Positions 1 through 8,772 are shown, numbered from the stretch's first letter. The stretch is DNA of 32,000 bases from Kineococcus radiotolerans SRS30216 = ATCC BAA-149 (GCF_000017305.1 NC_009806.1:90001-122000); one strand, 5' to 3'. Notes: a model not told the origin generated them from the sequence alone. Numbers and translations: made by a program.

Positions 1-85
1 GCTGTGTGCGCCGTCGTTGCGGCTGACACCCGCTCCATTCTGCGACTGTCACCGATGTCCTACGACATGACAAACCTGGTGGCCT

Positions 86-517
86 TCACCCGCCTGGGCA
101 GTCCGGATCGTTAGGCACGCCCATCGACTGGCAGTTCGGCGACACGATGCGCGGCCCATCGGACGTGACGGCCGGCTGCGGCGCCGGCAGCGACCGCACG
201 CCCGCGATGTCGAACACCCACGTCCATCCGCAGTAGATCAGCGCGGCCACGACGAAGAAGGTCAGCCACCGGCCACGTCGTAAGCCGCTGAGCACCACGC
301 CCACCATGGGGATGCCGACACCTGTGACAATCGCCCACCACTCCCAGCGGTTCGCCTGCTCCGCGCTCTCGGCACTCAGCGATGCCCCGAAAAAGGTCAG
401 CCGGGACATGACGGCTTGGACCACGAGAAAGGCCGGCACGACGAACCACGCCACCGCCAGCAACGCCAGACCCAGCGAGCGCTGTCCGTCCTCGGCACCG
501 GACCGCTGACTAGCCAC
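86..517 (-). CDS. hypothetical integral membrane protein (143 aa)
   Basis: ORF with 3-4 hydrophobic helices (LALLAVAWFVVPAFLVV, WWAIVTGVGIPMVGVVL, LTFFVVAALIYCGWTWVF). No family recognised. Confidence 0.45.
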   Translation of the reverse strand: MASQRSGAEDGQRSLGLALLAVAWFVVPAFLVVQAVMSRLTFFGASLSAESAEQANRWEWWAIVTGVGIPMVGVVLSGLRRGRWLTFFVVAALIYCGWTWVFDIAGVRSLPAPQPAVTSDGPRIVSPNCQSMGVPNDPDCPGG

Positions 518-600
518 AAGCGTGGATCGTACTGCGGCCAGGACGATTCGGGCGGATACGCAACCGCCGGAGATAGCGACCCGCCGGCCTGATGAGGCAC

Positions 601-2076
601 CTATCCCAGGGCGCTCCTGCCTTCACCCGCGAGCGCCGGGGCCTCCAGATCCCGGAGATCAAGAGGGGCGTGTGCATCGCCCCCGAAGGGACGGGGGCCT
701 CGCGCGGGAGTGGCTTCTGGTGCCTGCGAGCGGCGGGGGCGCAGACGCGAACGCAGTGACGCCAGGAGCAGCGGCGGGGTGAACAGCGCAATCGGGTGTG
801 ACATCAGGTGCGTCACGGCCTGCATGACGTCCGCGGCCCGATCATTGCCCTGGCCAGCAAGGCGGGCCACCTCCGAACCCCACCATCCGACGACCGCCTC
901 GACCGGGCGTGCGCGTTGGGGAGTGGTGAGCAGCTGACGATCCTGCGACGTCGCCATCGTCCACGGCAGGTCAGCGGTACGCGCCAAGCCGCGCTGGAGG
1001 CGACGGGTGTTCAGCCGGCCCCCCTGGGCCTTCATGAACGACCGCTCCAGCAGCAGCCCCTGGCAGGCCGCCACGGTGATGCCGGAGCCGTAGACGGGGT
1101 TCAGCGCGCAGAGAGCGTCGCCGGTCACGAGCAGCCCCGCGGGCCAACGACGCGACTTGCCGTAGTGGTGGCGGACGTTGGCGGTCTGTCGGTGGACGAC
1201 GACGTCGCTGACGGGGGTCATGCCCTTGACCATGTCCAAGGCCATCGGGTCCGGCAGCTTGGCCAGGTGCTCCAGGAACTCCTCACCGTCACGGCTGGGC
1301 CGGTCCTCACCGCGGCCCACGGTCGTGACCTGCCAGTAGCCGTCCTCGACGGGACTCACGATGCACCCGCGGCTCTGCCTGGCCGAGGCGAGCATCAGGA
1401 CTCCGGGCCCTGGAGGACGGGGGCTGGTGAAGCGTCGGGTGGCGTAGCCGACGCGGGCGTCGATCGTCGTAGTCGGCACCGGCGGCAGGCCGAGTCCCTT
1501 CAGCCACGTCGGCAGCCGGGAGGAGCGTCCCGAGGCGTCGATCACGAGGTCGGCGGCGAGGGAGTGCTCACCTCCAGGTGAAGAGGAATGGTCCGTCGGC
1601 TGCAGCTGGATGGTCCAGGCGCCTGACGGGTCCTGGTGCAGGGCCTGCACGCGCGTCTGCTCGAGGACCCGCACGTTGGGCAGGGCCAGGACGCGCTTCC
1701 TGATCACGTGCTCCAGCAGGGTCCTCGAGGAGCAGACCAGGGGGTAGCCGTAGTCGCCGCGTGGTGCCCAGCCGTCGGCGCTGAGCAGGGCCATGCGTCC
1801 GACCTTGAACTCCGGGGCGCCGCGCTGGATGAGCTCATCGTGCAGGCCGGGGAGCAGGTGCTCGGCGGAGAGCAGTCCGCGGTGCAGCAGGATGTGGGTC
1901 TGCTCGCTCTGCGGCACCCCTCGTCGTGCTTGTGGGGTGGTCGGGATGCCGTCGCGTTCGATGATCGTCACCTGGTGACCGGCGTTCGCGGCTGCGGCGG
2001 CGGCGAACAGGCCGGCCAGGCTCGCTCCGATGACGCTGGTGCTGAGGGGCTTGGGGTGGGGCTGGGGGTGCTGCAT
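601..2076 (-). CDS. FAD-dependent monooxygenase/oxidoreductase (class A flavoprotein-like)
   Basis: N-terminal Rossmann fingerprint VIGASLAGLFAAAAAANAGHQVTIIERD. Also LVIDASGRSS, and the C-terminal motif GDALCALNPVYGSGITVA. ATG at 2076 is preceded by GGAGG (2086-2090). The ORF stays open up to GTG 2139, which overlaps the upstream stop. Confidence 0.8.
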   Translation of the reverse strand: MQHPQPHPKPLSTSVIGASLAGLFAAAAAANAGHQVTIIERDGIPTTPQARRGVPQSEQTHILLHRGLLSAEHLLPGLHDELIQRGAPEFKVGRMALLSADGWAPRGDYGYPLVCSSRTLLEHVIRKRVLALPNVRVLEQTRVQALHQDPSGAWTIQLQPTDHSSSPGGEHSLAADLVIDASGRSSRLPTWLKGLGLPPVPTTTIDARVGYATRRFTSPRPPGPGVLMLASARQSRGCIVSPVEDGYWQVTTVGRGEDRPSRDGEEFLEHLAKLPDPMALDMVKGMTPVSDVVVHRQTANVRHHYGKSRRWPAGLLVTGDALCALNPVYGSGITVAACQGLLLERSFMKAQGGRLNTRRLQRGLARTADLPWTMATSQDRQLLTTPQRARPVEAVVGWWGSEVARLAGQGNDRAADVMQAVTHLMSHPIALFTPPLLLASLRSRLRPRRSQAPEATPARGPRPFGGDAHAPLDLRDLEAPALAGEGRSALG

Positions 2077-2135
2077 CGTTGCCTCCGAGGTGGGGGTCGA
2101 CAGCGGGCGGGGATCCAGGGCCACGTCCATCGCCA

Positions 2136-3605
2136 TCACTCGACCATCTCAACGAAACCGGCGGTGCCGGCTTCGAGAACGTCGTGGTCTTGAACCTCAC
2201 GCCACAGCAGGCGCAGGTAGGCGACCGCCTCGTCCACGTCACGAGGGCTGAGCGTTAGAACCGGCGTCGCCTGCGAGGAGATGCCGCGCTCGTCCCGCAG
2301 GTCCGACCCAGCGGTGTGGAACTGCAGGGCGGCGCTCGCGGACGCTGCGTCGGCACGTGCGTTGCGCTGCAGCGGCTTCTCTGTGATCTGACGCCACCAC
2401 CGGCTCGCCAGGATAGGTGCGAACCCGCCGACGACCGACAGGACTGATCGTGCGGCGGCGGCCGTCACGCGGCCGGTCCGCTGACGGACGGTGGACTTCG
2501 ACCGGCGACCCAGGAGCTGCTCGATGCGTCGACGGGCTTGGGGGGTGAGGTCGTCCGCGGCCTGGATCAGCGCCTCCATGATGTCGCTGGCCATGCGGGC
2601 GCGCTGGGCGTACAACTCGTCACGGCTGGTCTTGGTGGTCTGGTCGGTCTCTAGCTCGTAGGCGGTTCGGTAGACGCCTTGAAGCAGCCGCCACGGCGCT
2701 CTCATCGCCACCACGTCCTCCCGCCACAGCTGCGTGAAGAACTCCGCGCTTCGGGCTCGGACGTTCTCTACGAAGGGGGCTGTGCTGGAGCCCAGGAGCA
2801 GCAGGAGCGGCGTGGCGATCTGACACGCCATCTGGGCTACCGCGGCTTGCTTCGGCGTCCACCTGGGCCGCCCCTGCATCCAGGTGTAGGCCTGCACGGT
2901 CTGGATGAGGATGACGCCCTGGTTGACCACACTGCCGATGGCGACCAGGCGCAGGCTGACCCGTACGGCCGGGTCTGGCTCGCGGCGGGCCTCGTTCCAG
3001 CACGAGAAGAACAAGGTGGCGGCCTGGAAGGGCCCGCAGATCTGCGGGCCGAGGGCAGCCACGAAGCCTGCGACGTCTGGGGAGTAGTAGGTGACGTACT
3101 CCTGCAGGTTGCGCGGCCGAGGTCGCGGCCGCTGCACCAGCCACGGCACGATGGTCAACAGCGAGCACCCGATGACCGAGGCGTGGTTGATCCGTGTGAG
3201 GCGGGTGGTCCAGCGCCCGGTCCGGCGTGGGGGCTGCAGGGTGTGGATGATCGCGTCGGTCGCGCTCATACCCGCCGCGGTCATCAGGACGGTGCTGATG
3301 ACCCAGGGCACCCCCGGCGCGGTGAGTCGCTCCACCCGCTGCACGACGGGACGGACGTTGAAGAACGAAGCGGTAGTGACGCCCGCGATGGCGAACCACT
3401 GCGCCCGCTGAGCTCGGCGGCCGATGGCCACCAGGTCGTCTTCGCTGACGGTCTCGCTCGGACTGGGCTGAGCCAGGGACACAGCCCGCAGCTGCTCCGG
3501 GGTCATCTTCCCCGTCAGCAGGTCACGCAACGCGATGCCGGCTCCGACCCCGAGCACGAAGGCGCCGGCCGGAGCCCAGCCGATGACCTTAGCCAGCCGA
3601 CTCAT
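2136..3605 (-). CDS. polytopic membrane protein with cytoplasmic helical C-terminal domain (MAB_1171c/DUF6545-like putative transporter)
   Basis: About 8 hydrophobic segments are followed by a charged helical tail (FFTQLWREDVVAMRAPWRLLQGVYRTAYELE...). ATG 3605 has a GGGGGAG Shine-Dalgarno and overlaps the upstream stop by 17 nt. The family call is from memory of actinobacterial annotations. Confidence 0.6.
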   Translation of the reverse strand: MSRLAKVIGWAPAGAFVLGVGAGIALRDLLTGKMTPEQLRAVSLAQPSPSETVSEDDLVAIGRRAQRAQWFAIAGVTTASFFNVRPVVQRVERLTAPGVPWVISTVLMTAAGMSATDAIIHTLQPPRRTGRWTTRLTRINHASVIGCSLLTIVPWLVQRPRPRPRNLQEYVTYYSPDVAGFVAALGPQICGPFQAATLFFSCWNEARREPDPAVRVSLRLVAIGSVVNQGVILIQTVQAYTWMQGRPRWTPKQAAVAQMACQIATPLLLLLGSSTAPFVENVRARSAEFFTQLWREDVVAMRAPWRLLQGVYRTAYELETDQTTKTSRDELYAQRARMASDIMEALIQAADDLTPQARRRIEQLLGRRSKSTVRQRTGRVTAAAARSVLSVVGGFAPILASRWWRQITEKPLQRNARADAASASAALQFHTAGSDLRDERGISSQATPVLTLSPRDVDEAVAYLRLLWREVQDHDVLEAGTAGFVEMVE

Positions 3606-4263
3606 CGGTGCTCCCCCGCCGGGTGACGAACAGGCCCAGACCCGAGGCGGGAGGAAGCTCCCTCTGCTGCATCCACGGCGCCATGTAGTGCTGCAGGAGG
3701 CCGGCGGTCCACTCGACCTCTCGCTCCTCATCGTCTTCGACGTTGCAGTGGAACTGGATGGCCTTCTCGTCGTAGAGGTCAACGCCCTCGGGGAGGTCGG
3801 CGTTGACGGGCAGGTTCAGGCCGTCGAGACGCTGTTCACCATCTGCGGCCCTGACGGGGATCACCTGGGAGACGACCCGGAGCTCATCGCGCGGGGTGAC
3901 GATGAGGTGGGCCAGCTCGTGCAGCAGGACGCGTTTGCCGCGCATCGAGCGCTTGGGGTCCTCAGGGATCCAGACGAGGATGCTCCGGCGCTCCGGGTCG
4001 CGGTCCACGAGGGCGGAGACCTTGGCGGGCAGGTGCAGCAGTCGGCCGTGCTGGCCTCGCTGGGTGATCTTGATGGGGCGCCCTTCCTGCTTGCGCAGGG
4101 TGGTCAGCAGGCGGCGCAGGGAGATACCAGGGTGCACACCCAGGTCCTCCAGGCGCTGCACGCACCGCTGATCGCGTGCCGCGGTGCTGTCGTCGACGCT
4201 GCTTCTTGCTGCCGGCCCGAGGGGAGACGGCTCGTCGAGGTCTCGGCCCGTGAGCTCGTCCAC
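3589..4263 (-). CDS. HExxH zinc-metallopeptidase-like protein (ImmA/IrrE, COG2856-like)
   Basis: HELAH is encoded at 3907-3921. It lies immediately downstream of an XRE-type regulator, the classic COG2856 context. GTG 4263 is preceded by GGAGGGA; the ORF is open up to GTG 4293. Confidence 0.6.
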   Translation of the reverse strand: MDELTGRDLDEPSPLGPAARSSVDDSTAARDQRCVQRLEDLGVHPGISLRRLLTTLRKQEGRPIKITQRGQHGRLLHLPAKVSALVDRDPERRSILVWIPEDPKRSMRGKRVLLHELAHLIVTPRDELRVVSQVIPVRAADGEQRLDGLNLPVNADLPEGVDLYDEKAIQFHCNVEDDEEREVEWTAGLLQHYMAPWMQQRELPPASGLGLFVTRRGSTDESAG

Positions 4264-4426
4264 GCGTTGATCCCTCCAGGTCGTCGAGGCCACGTCAGCC
4301 CAGTTCGCACTGAAGGCGGCGTGGTCAGCTCTGTCCTTCTACGCGGACATCCTGGCACCGACCGGTGACGCCGCCCACTCAACTGCTTGATGCTTGAAGC
4401 AGCGTTGCGAGACGGGAGCCGCGGAA

Positions 4427-5242
4427 CTAGCGATCCCGCGGCTCGTCCTTGCCGAAGTCCTCAGCGTCTCGAAGGGCACTGTCGATGAGTGCGTTGACCA
4501 TGTTGAGTTCTCGCTGACTGAGGTTGCGCGCCCGCATAGCGATGCTGGCCACACGGTCATTTTCGAGAGCATCAAGAGTCCTCAACCGCCTGTTCATCTC
4601 TTCCAGCGTTTTGTCGTCTTGGAAGAAATACCCGGGCCACACACCGAAGATTTTCGCCAGGCATTCGATCTGCTGCATGTTGGGACTTTTTTTGATTCCG
4701 CGCCGCAGGTCGTGCAGGTAACCCACCGACAGCGCGACGCCATGCTCTTTCGCAGCCGCACTGACCTGGCGCATGCTCCATGGCTGCCCGTCAGGGCGGA
4801 CCCTCAGGTTGAACAGGTACTCGAGGCGGGCCGCGAGGTTGGCCTGAGAGTCGACTGCGTACACGACCCCGTCCGACACGTTCGAGGGATCAGGCCCACC
4901 ATGGGCCGAGTCCGCAGCTTGCTCGTGATCGGCAGCGGCAGACGACGTCTGGTCGGGAATGGGGTCGAAGAAGAACCCAGCTTTGACCCCAAAGAAGGCG
5001 GCCAGAGCCCGAAGGGTGTCCGCCGTCGGGTTGCGTTTGGTGCCCTCGCGCAAAGCGGTGATGTACTCGGCACTGAGCCCCTCGACCTGAATCGCAGTGG
5101 CGACCTGTTCTTCGGTGACGAGATTGCCCTCACCGTCGCGGTAGCCGCGCAGCAGATAATCGAGGGCGCGAGCAATTGTCGGCCGATCCTGGTCATTCCC
5201 GCGTTGCGCCACTGTTTTCCCCCGCCATTGTGACTTGTTCAT
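4427..5242 (-). CDS. tandem (2x) HTH XRE-family regulator, EspR-like modules
   Basis: There are two consecutive HTH modules. The second (LAARLEYLF...SVGYLHDLRRGIKKSPNMQQIECLAKIFGVWPGYFFQDD...VASIAMRARNLS) aligns along its length with remembered M. tuberculosis EspR (FAARLNRLF...SAPYLSQLRSGNRTNPS...LANFFRIKAAYFTDD...RIAQRAHGL). The first has the same core (LSAEYITALREGTKRNPTADTLRALAAFFGVKAGFFFD). Confidence 0.8.
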   Translation of the reverse strand: MNKSQWRGKTVAQRGNDQDRPTIARALDYLLRGYRDGEGNLVTEEQVATAIQVEGLSAEYITALREGTKRNPTADTLRALAAFFGVKAGFFFDPIPDQTSSAAADHEQAADSAHGGPDPSNVSDGVVYAVDSQANLAARLEYLFNLRVRPDGQPWSMRQVSAAAKEHGVALSVGYLHDLRRGIKKSPNMQQIECLAKIFGVWPGYFFQDDKTLEEMNRRLRTLDALENDRVASIAMRARNLSQRELNMVNALIDSALRDAEDFGKDEPRDR

Positions 5243-5371
5243 CGGCGCCTATGACCGGTCGCGTCCATCGTCGTCGATTCTTGAGCAGCACGGTGCCGGA
5301 ACCGTATCGGATCGACCTCGAGCCCACCCGTTGCAGCGACAAGCCGCCTCCACCGACCAGGGCGCCGCGGT

Positions 5372-5414
5372 CCACCAGGCCCGACGGGCCCACCAGGCCC
5401 GACGGGCCCACCAG
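5372..5414. repeat. 18-bp tandem repeat CCACCAGGCCCGACGGGC x2.4 in the divergent control region
   Basis: Exact copies at 5372-5389 and 5390-5407, with a partial third copy to 5414. It lies in the 458-bp gap between divergent starts 5242(-) and 5701(+). Confidence 0.85.
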
Positions 5415-5700
5415 CGGAGGCGGCAGCAACGTCGACTCCCTCCAAGGCGTTCGCGATGCGAACACGCAGACTAGGCGTGTGGTCCACACCATGGTTTCAT
5501 AGCTCCGTGGCTCACGGAAGCAGGACGCTAGACACCGACCCAGAGTCGTCGCCGCCGGCGCGCTGAGACCGGGGCCTGCGCCGCTGAGCGGTCGACGAGC
5601 AGGCCGAGATCCGATCTGCACTCGGCAGACACCAGACCACGCCTCCTCCCCGCAGGACCAGGAAGCCCACAGTGGGAACGCCAGGAAGGATCACCGCCTC

Positions 5701-6315
5701 ATGTCGTTGCCTACCGCGTTGCCCAGCTCATCGACGACCGGGGACCCGGCGACCGCGACGTCGGCGGCCGCAGAGCCCCTCCAGAGCGTCGCCACCCAGG
5801 GCGGGACGGCCAGCACCGCAGACTTCACCCTCGACAGCGGCGTGGCTGAGCAGTGCCGGCAGATGGTCCAGTCCATCCAGCTGCCCCGGCCGCTGACGAT
5901 GCGCAACCTCATCCAGTCCGTGGCGACCCAGCTCGGCGTGCGCATCCGCGCGCACGAGCAGTCCTTGACCGACCCTGAGGTCTCAGGGGTCATCACCCAG
6001 AAGAAGTCCGGTCTCATCATCGTCAGCTGGCCCCAGGACTACGAGAAGACCCACCCCTGGTGGACGGCCCTGTGCGTGGGTCACGAGCTGGGTCACCTGA
6101 TGTGCAACCACCTGGCCAAGAAGCCGCAGTACAGCCGCTGCCAGATCGGTGTGAGTGTCGCCGACAACGCCGATGAGGCTGCGGCGGAATACTTCGGCAC
6201 CCTGCTGGCCGAACGTATCGAAGCGCAGGAAACCACTACCGGTTGGCGCCGGGTCATCGACCTGCGCGACCAGGACAACGTGGCAGGCAACTTCACCCGG
6301 CTGCTGCGTGGGTGA
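5701..6315 (+). CDS. HExxH zinc-metallopeptidase-like protein (ImmA/IrrE-like), paralog of 3589-4263
   Basis: GHELGHLMCNH is encoded at 6079-6111. The upstream pattern (L..L....G..I...I.W.P.D....L.HEL.HL) matches the other HExxH protein. GGAAGGA lies upstream of ATG 5701. Confidence 0.6.
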   Translation: MSLPTALPSSSTTGDPATATSAAAEPLQSVATQGGTASTADFTLDSGVAEQCRQMVQSIQLPRPLTMRNLIQSVATQLGVRIRAHEQSLTDPEVSGVITQKKSGLIIVSWPQDYEKTHPWWTALCVGHELGHLMCNHLAKKPQYSRCQIGVSVADNADEAAAEYFGTLLAERIEAQETTTGWRRVIDLRDQDNVAGNFTRLLRG

Positions 6316-7822
6316 CCTGGGCTCGCTCAACGTGACCGGGATCGTCTCCGTCCTGGCCGTCACAGCCCTCGCCGCCTGGCTGCTCGCCGATACCTACCGC
6401 GCTCGCGTCCACGTCAAGCGGCAACGGCGCCCCTCAGAGCACCCCGCCAGCGAGCAGCTCACCGGCAACCAGGGTGCGGGCGATGGGCGCGCCATCGACC
6501 TGCACGGCAGCTCCTCCATCGCGGTCGCCCCCGAGTCCAAGATCGCGCATCGCGGATCCGAGAACGGAACCACGGCCACGAAGCGCCGCGACAGCGGCAG
6601 CGACCAGGGACACGTCGCCGATCACCAAGCCCGACGCATGCTGTGGTGGACCGTGGGTGCCCTCACCCTGGGAGCCGTGGTTCAGACTGGCCCGATCCGC
6701 GCCGTGATCGACCAGGCCTACCTGGGATGGAGCAAGGCGCTCATGCACCTGTTCGGCGCCTTGGCCGCCGGGTGCCTTCTGCAGTTGCTGCGTCTCCTGC
6801 TGGGCCTTTGCCCCCGGCGCCGTCGCTGGCTGAACAACGCCATGGCCATCACCACCGTGCTGGTGGTGATGCCCCTTCTCCTCCAGCCCCCACGCACTCC
6901 ACACCTGTTCGAGCCCACCTGGGCCGCGGTCGCGCACTGGGTCGCCTCGCTGGCCCTGCTCTCCTGGTCTCTGGGCGCTACCTCAACCGCGTGCTTCGGC
7001 ATCGCCGCGCGCGCTGAAGCCCGCGCCGCCGGAGTGGGCATGCGCCTGGTCGCCTCCGGTTGCCTGATCGGTCTTGGCTACGTCGCGACCTGCTTGGCCC
7101 TGCTCGCCTACGCCCTCATCACCGGCAGCACGCCACCCCTGGCGCACGGCACCGGGCTGGATGTCACGCTGCAGCAGCTCGCCGAGGTCGTCATCGTGAT
7201 CGGTCTCGTGTGGACCAGCTTCGACCGCCTCCTGCACCGCTTCCTGGGCCGAGAACGACGGCGAGCGGGCCGGGCCGAACGCAAGCGCTGGCTGGTCGAG
7301 CACATCCACCTTGTCGTGGGCCGGCGCCGTCAGGAACGCCACTTCCACCGGCTGCTGCTCGAACTGGAGGACATCCGGCCGTGGTGGTCGGCGCTGGCCG
7401 AGTCGATGCCTCAGCTGGTCCACTTCCCCCAGCAGACGGCCGCCGCGCCGGCCAACGCCACCGACGCCGGGTTCCAGCGTCGGCGCATGATGTCGGAGAT
7501 CCACGACATCGAGCGAATCGCCGTGGCCTACGTCGACCACGACGACCACGAGCAGATTCGCTCGCTGGCTCTTGCTCATGGCCTGCGTGCCGGGGCCCAG
7601 CTCGACATCGTGGTGTGGCAGGCCTGCGTGCTACTCGGCCTCGAGCGCTACCGCGCTCGCGCACCGCGCAGCCCCCTCCCCCTGGAAGTCCCCGCCCCGC
7701 GCGGGGCCAGCCTGGCCGAGGCCACCACCATGCTCAGCCACGCCCTGCACGGTGTGCACCCCCTACGTGAGCGGCTCCTGCAGGTCCTGCACGACAACGC
7801 GATGATCACTTCCCGGAGGTAA
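6308..7822 (+). CDS. polytopic membrane protein with helical C-terminal domain (MAB_1171c/DUF6545-like), paralog of 2136-3605
   Basis: Multiple TM segments (TGIVSVLAVTALAAWLL, LMHLFGALAAGCLLQLLRLLLGL, AMAITTVLVVMPLLL, and others) are followed by a charged helical tail (RKRWLVEHIHLVVGRRRQERHFHRLLLELEDIRPWW). GTG 6308 overlaps the upstream TGA (6313-6315). An alternative GTG lies at 6332. The ORF is open from 6155 but overlaps the upstream CDS there. Confidence 0.6.
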   Translation: MGDLGSLNVTGIVSVLAVTALAAWLLADTYRARVHVKRQRRPSEHPASEQLTGNQGAGDGRAIDLHGSSSIAVAPESKIAHRGSENGTTATKRRDSGSDQGHVADHQARRMLWWTVGALTLGAVVQTGPIRAVIDQAYLGWSKALMHLFGALAAGCLLQLLRLLLGLCPRRRRWLNNAMAITTVLVVMPLLLQPPRTPHLFEPTWAAVAHWVASLALLSWSLGATSTACFGIAARAEARAAGVGMRLVASGCLIGLGYVATCLALLAYALITGSTPPLAHGTGLDVTLQQLAEVVIVIGLVWTSFDRLLHRFLGRERRRAGRAERKRWLVEHIHLVVGRRRQERHFHRLLLELEDIRPWWSALAESMPQLVHFPQQTAAAPANATDAGFQRRRMMSEIHDIERIAVAYVDHDDHEQIRSLALAHGLRAGAQLDIVVWQACVLLGLERYRARAPRSPLPLEVPAPRGASLAEATTMLSHALHGVHPLRERLLQVLHDNAMITSRR

Positions 7823-7827
7823 CGATC

Positions 7828-8772
7828 ATGAACGCGCCTCAGTCAGCCGATGCCCGCCAGACGTCCACCGGCTCCACTCGCGCCCAGGACGCCCAGGACG
7901 CCCAGGACACCCAGGACCTGCGCAGCGGCCAGCACCCCGACGGGCTCGTCACCCCGCAGGTCCTGAGCCCGCAGCGGCTCGCCGAGGTCAACGAGGTCTA
8001 CCGCCGCCTGGCGCTCGCGGAGTTCGCCACGGAAAGCCGCATCGGCTTCCACCTGGCCTACTTGCGCACCTTCGCCTCCCCTCGCGTAGCCGGCTTGCTC
8101 AGTCACACCGGGCAGATGCAGAAGGAGCCGCGTCGGCGCGGCACCGACACCGGCCTGTTCATGTACGAGTTGATCCACCACGGCCTGGGCAGCGAGGTGG
8201 GTGATGAGGTGGTGCGACGGCTCAACGGGATGCACCACCGCTTCTCCATCCGCAACGAGGACTACGTCTGGATCCTGGGGACCTTCGTGGTGCTCGGGGT
8301 GCGTACGATTCGCCGCTTCGGGTGGCGAGAGCTGACCGTCTTCGAGGAGCAGGCCAGCATCGACTGGTACCGCGAACTGGCCGCTCGCATGGACCTGACC
8401 GACGTGCCGGAGACCTTCGAGGAGTTCGACCGCTGGTTCAGCGACTACGAACAGACGCAGCTGCGCTCTTCTCCGGCCGGTCGACAACTGATTGCAGCGA
8501 CTCTGGACACCGTCTTCGACCCCGTACCGACTCCTTTGCGCCCCTTGGCGGTACGGGCAGCGGCGGTGCTGCTAGAGGAGCCGGCGCGTTCCGCGCTCGG
8601 GTTCGCAGCGCCCGGGCCGATCGTGCGGACTGCAGTGCACGCGCTGTTCCGGTTGCGAGCGCTGCGACGGCGGCGACAGCCGACACCGCCGAGCTGGTTC
8701 AAGCCGGGAGCAGCCACCAGCGTGTACCCGCAGGGGTACGGGCTGAACGACTTGGGGCCCCGCACGCAGTGA
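7828..8772 (+). CDS. MpaB/DUF2236-family oxygenase-like protein
   Basis: LAYLRTFASPRVAGLLSHTGQM...RRGTDTGLFMYELIHHGL...RRLNGMHHRFSIRNEDYVWILGTFVV...GWRELTVFEEQA...DVPETFEEFDRWF matches the remembered consensus of oxygenase MpaB-family proteins. GGAGG lies 8 nt upstream, and the gap to the upstream gene is 5 nt. Confidence 0.55.
   Translation: MNAPQSADARQTSTGSTRAQDAQDAQDTQDLRSGQHPDGLVTPQVLSPQRLAEVNEVYRRLALAEFATESRIGFHLAYLRTFASPRVAGLLSHTGQMQKEPRRRGTDTGLFMYELIHHGLGSEVGDEVVRRLNGMHHRFSIRNEDYVWILGTFVVLGVRTIRRFGWRELTVFEEQASIDWYRELAARMDLTDVPETFEEFDRWFSDYEQTQLRSSPAGRQLIAATLDTVFDPVPTPLRPLAVRAAAVLLEEPARSALGFAAPGPIVRTAVHALFRLRALRRRRQPTPPSWFKPGAATSVYPQGYGLNDLGPRTQ

Noticed and set aside
2136-3782. Longer N-terminal extensions offered by the ORF track (3782, 4293, 6155, 9267, 16619, 17826, 19001, 22519, 25171, 2139)
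   Set aside because: The extensions overlap upstream CDSs or encode Arg/Ser/Pro-rich junk. Internal ATG or GTG starts with good Shine-Dalgarno sequences or stop/start coupling exist at 3605, 4263, 6308, 9408, 16655, 18024, 19100, 22465, 25135 and 2076. These starts remain predictions.
4383-4402. Small hairpin CTGCTT-N8-AAGCAG between the regulator and the first HExxH gene
   Set aside because: The stem is only 6 bp with no U-tract. It could be an attenuator or processing site, but it is within chance expectation for a 130-bp spacer.
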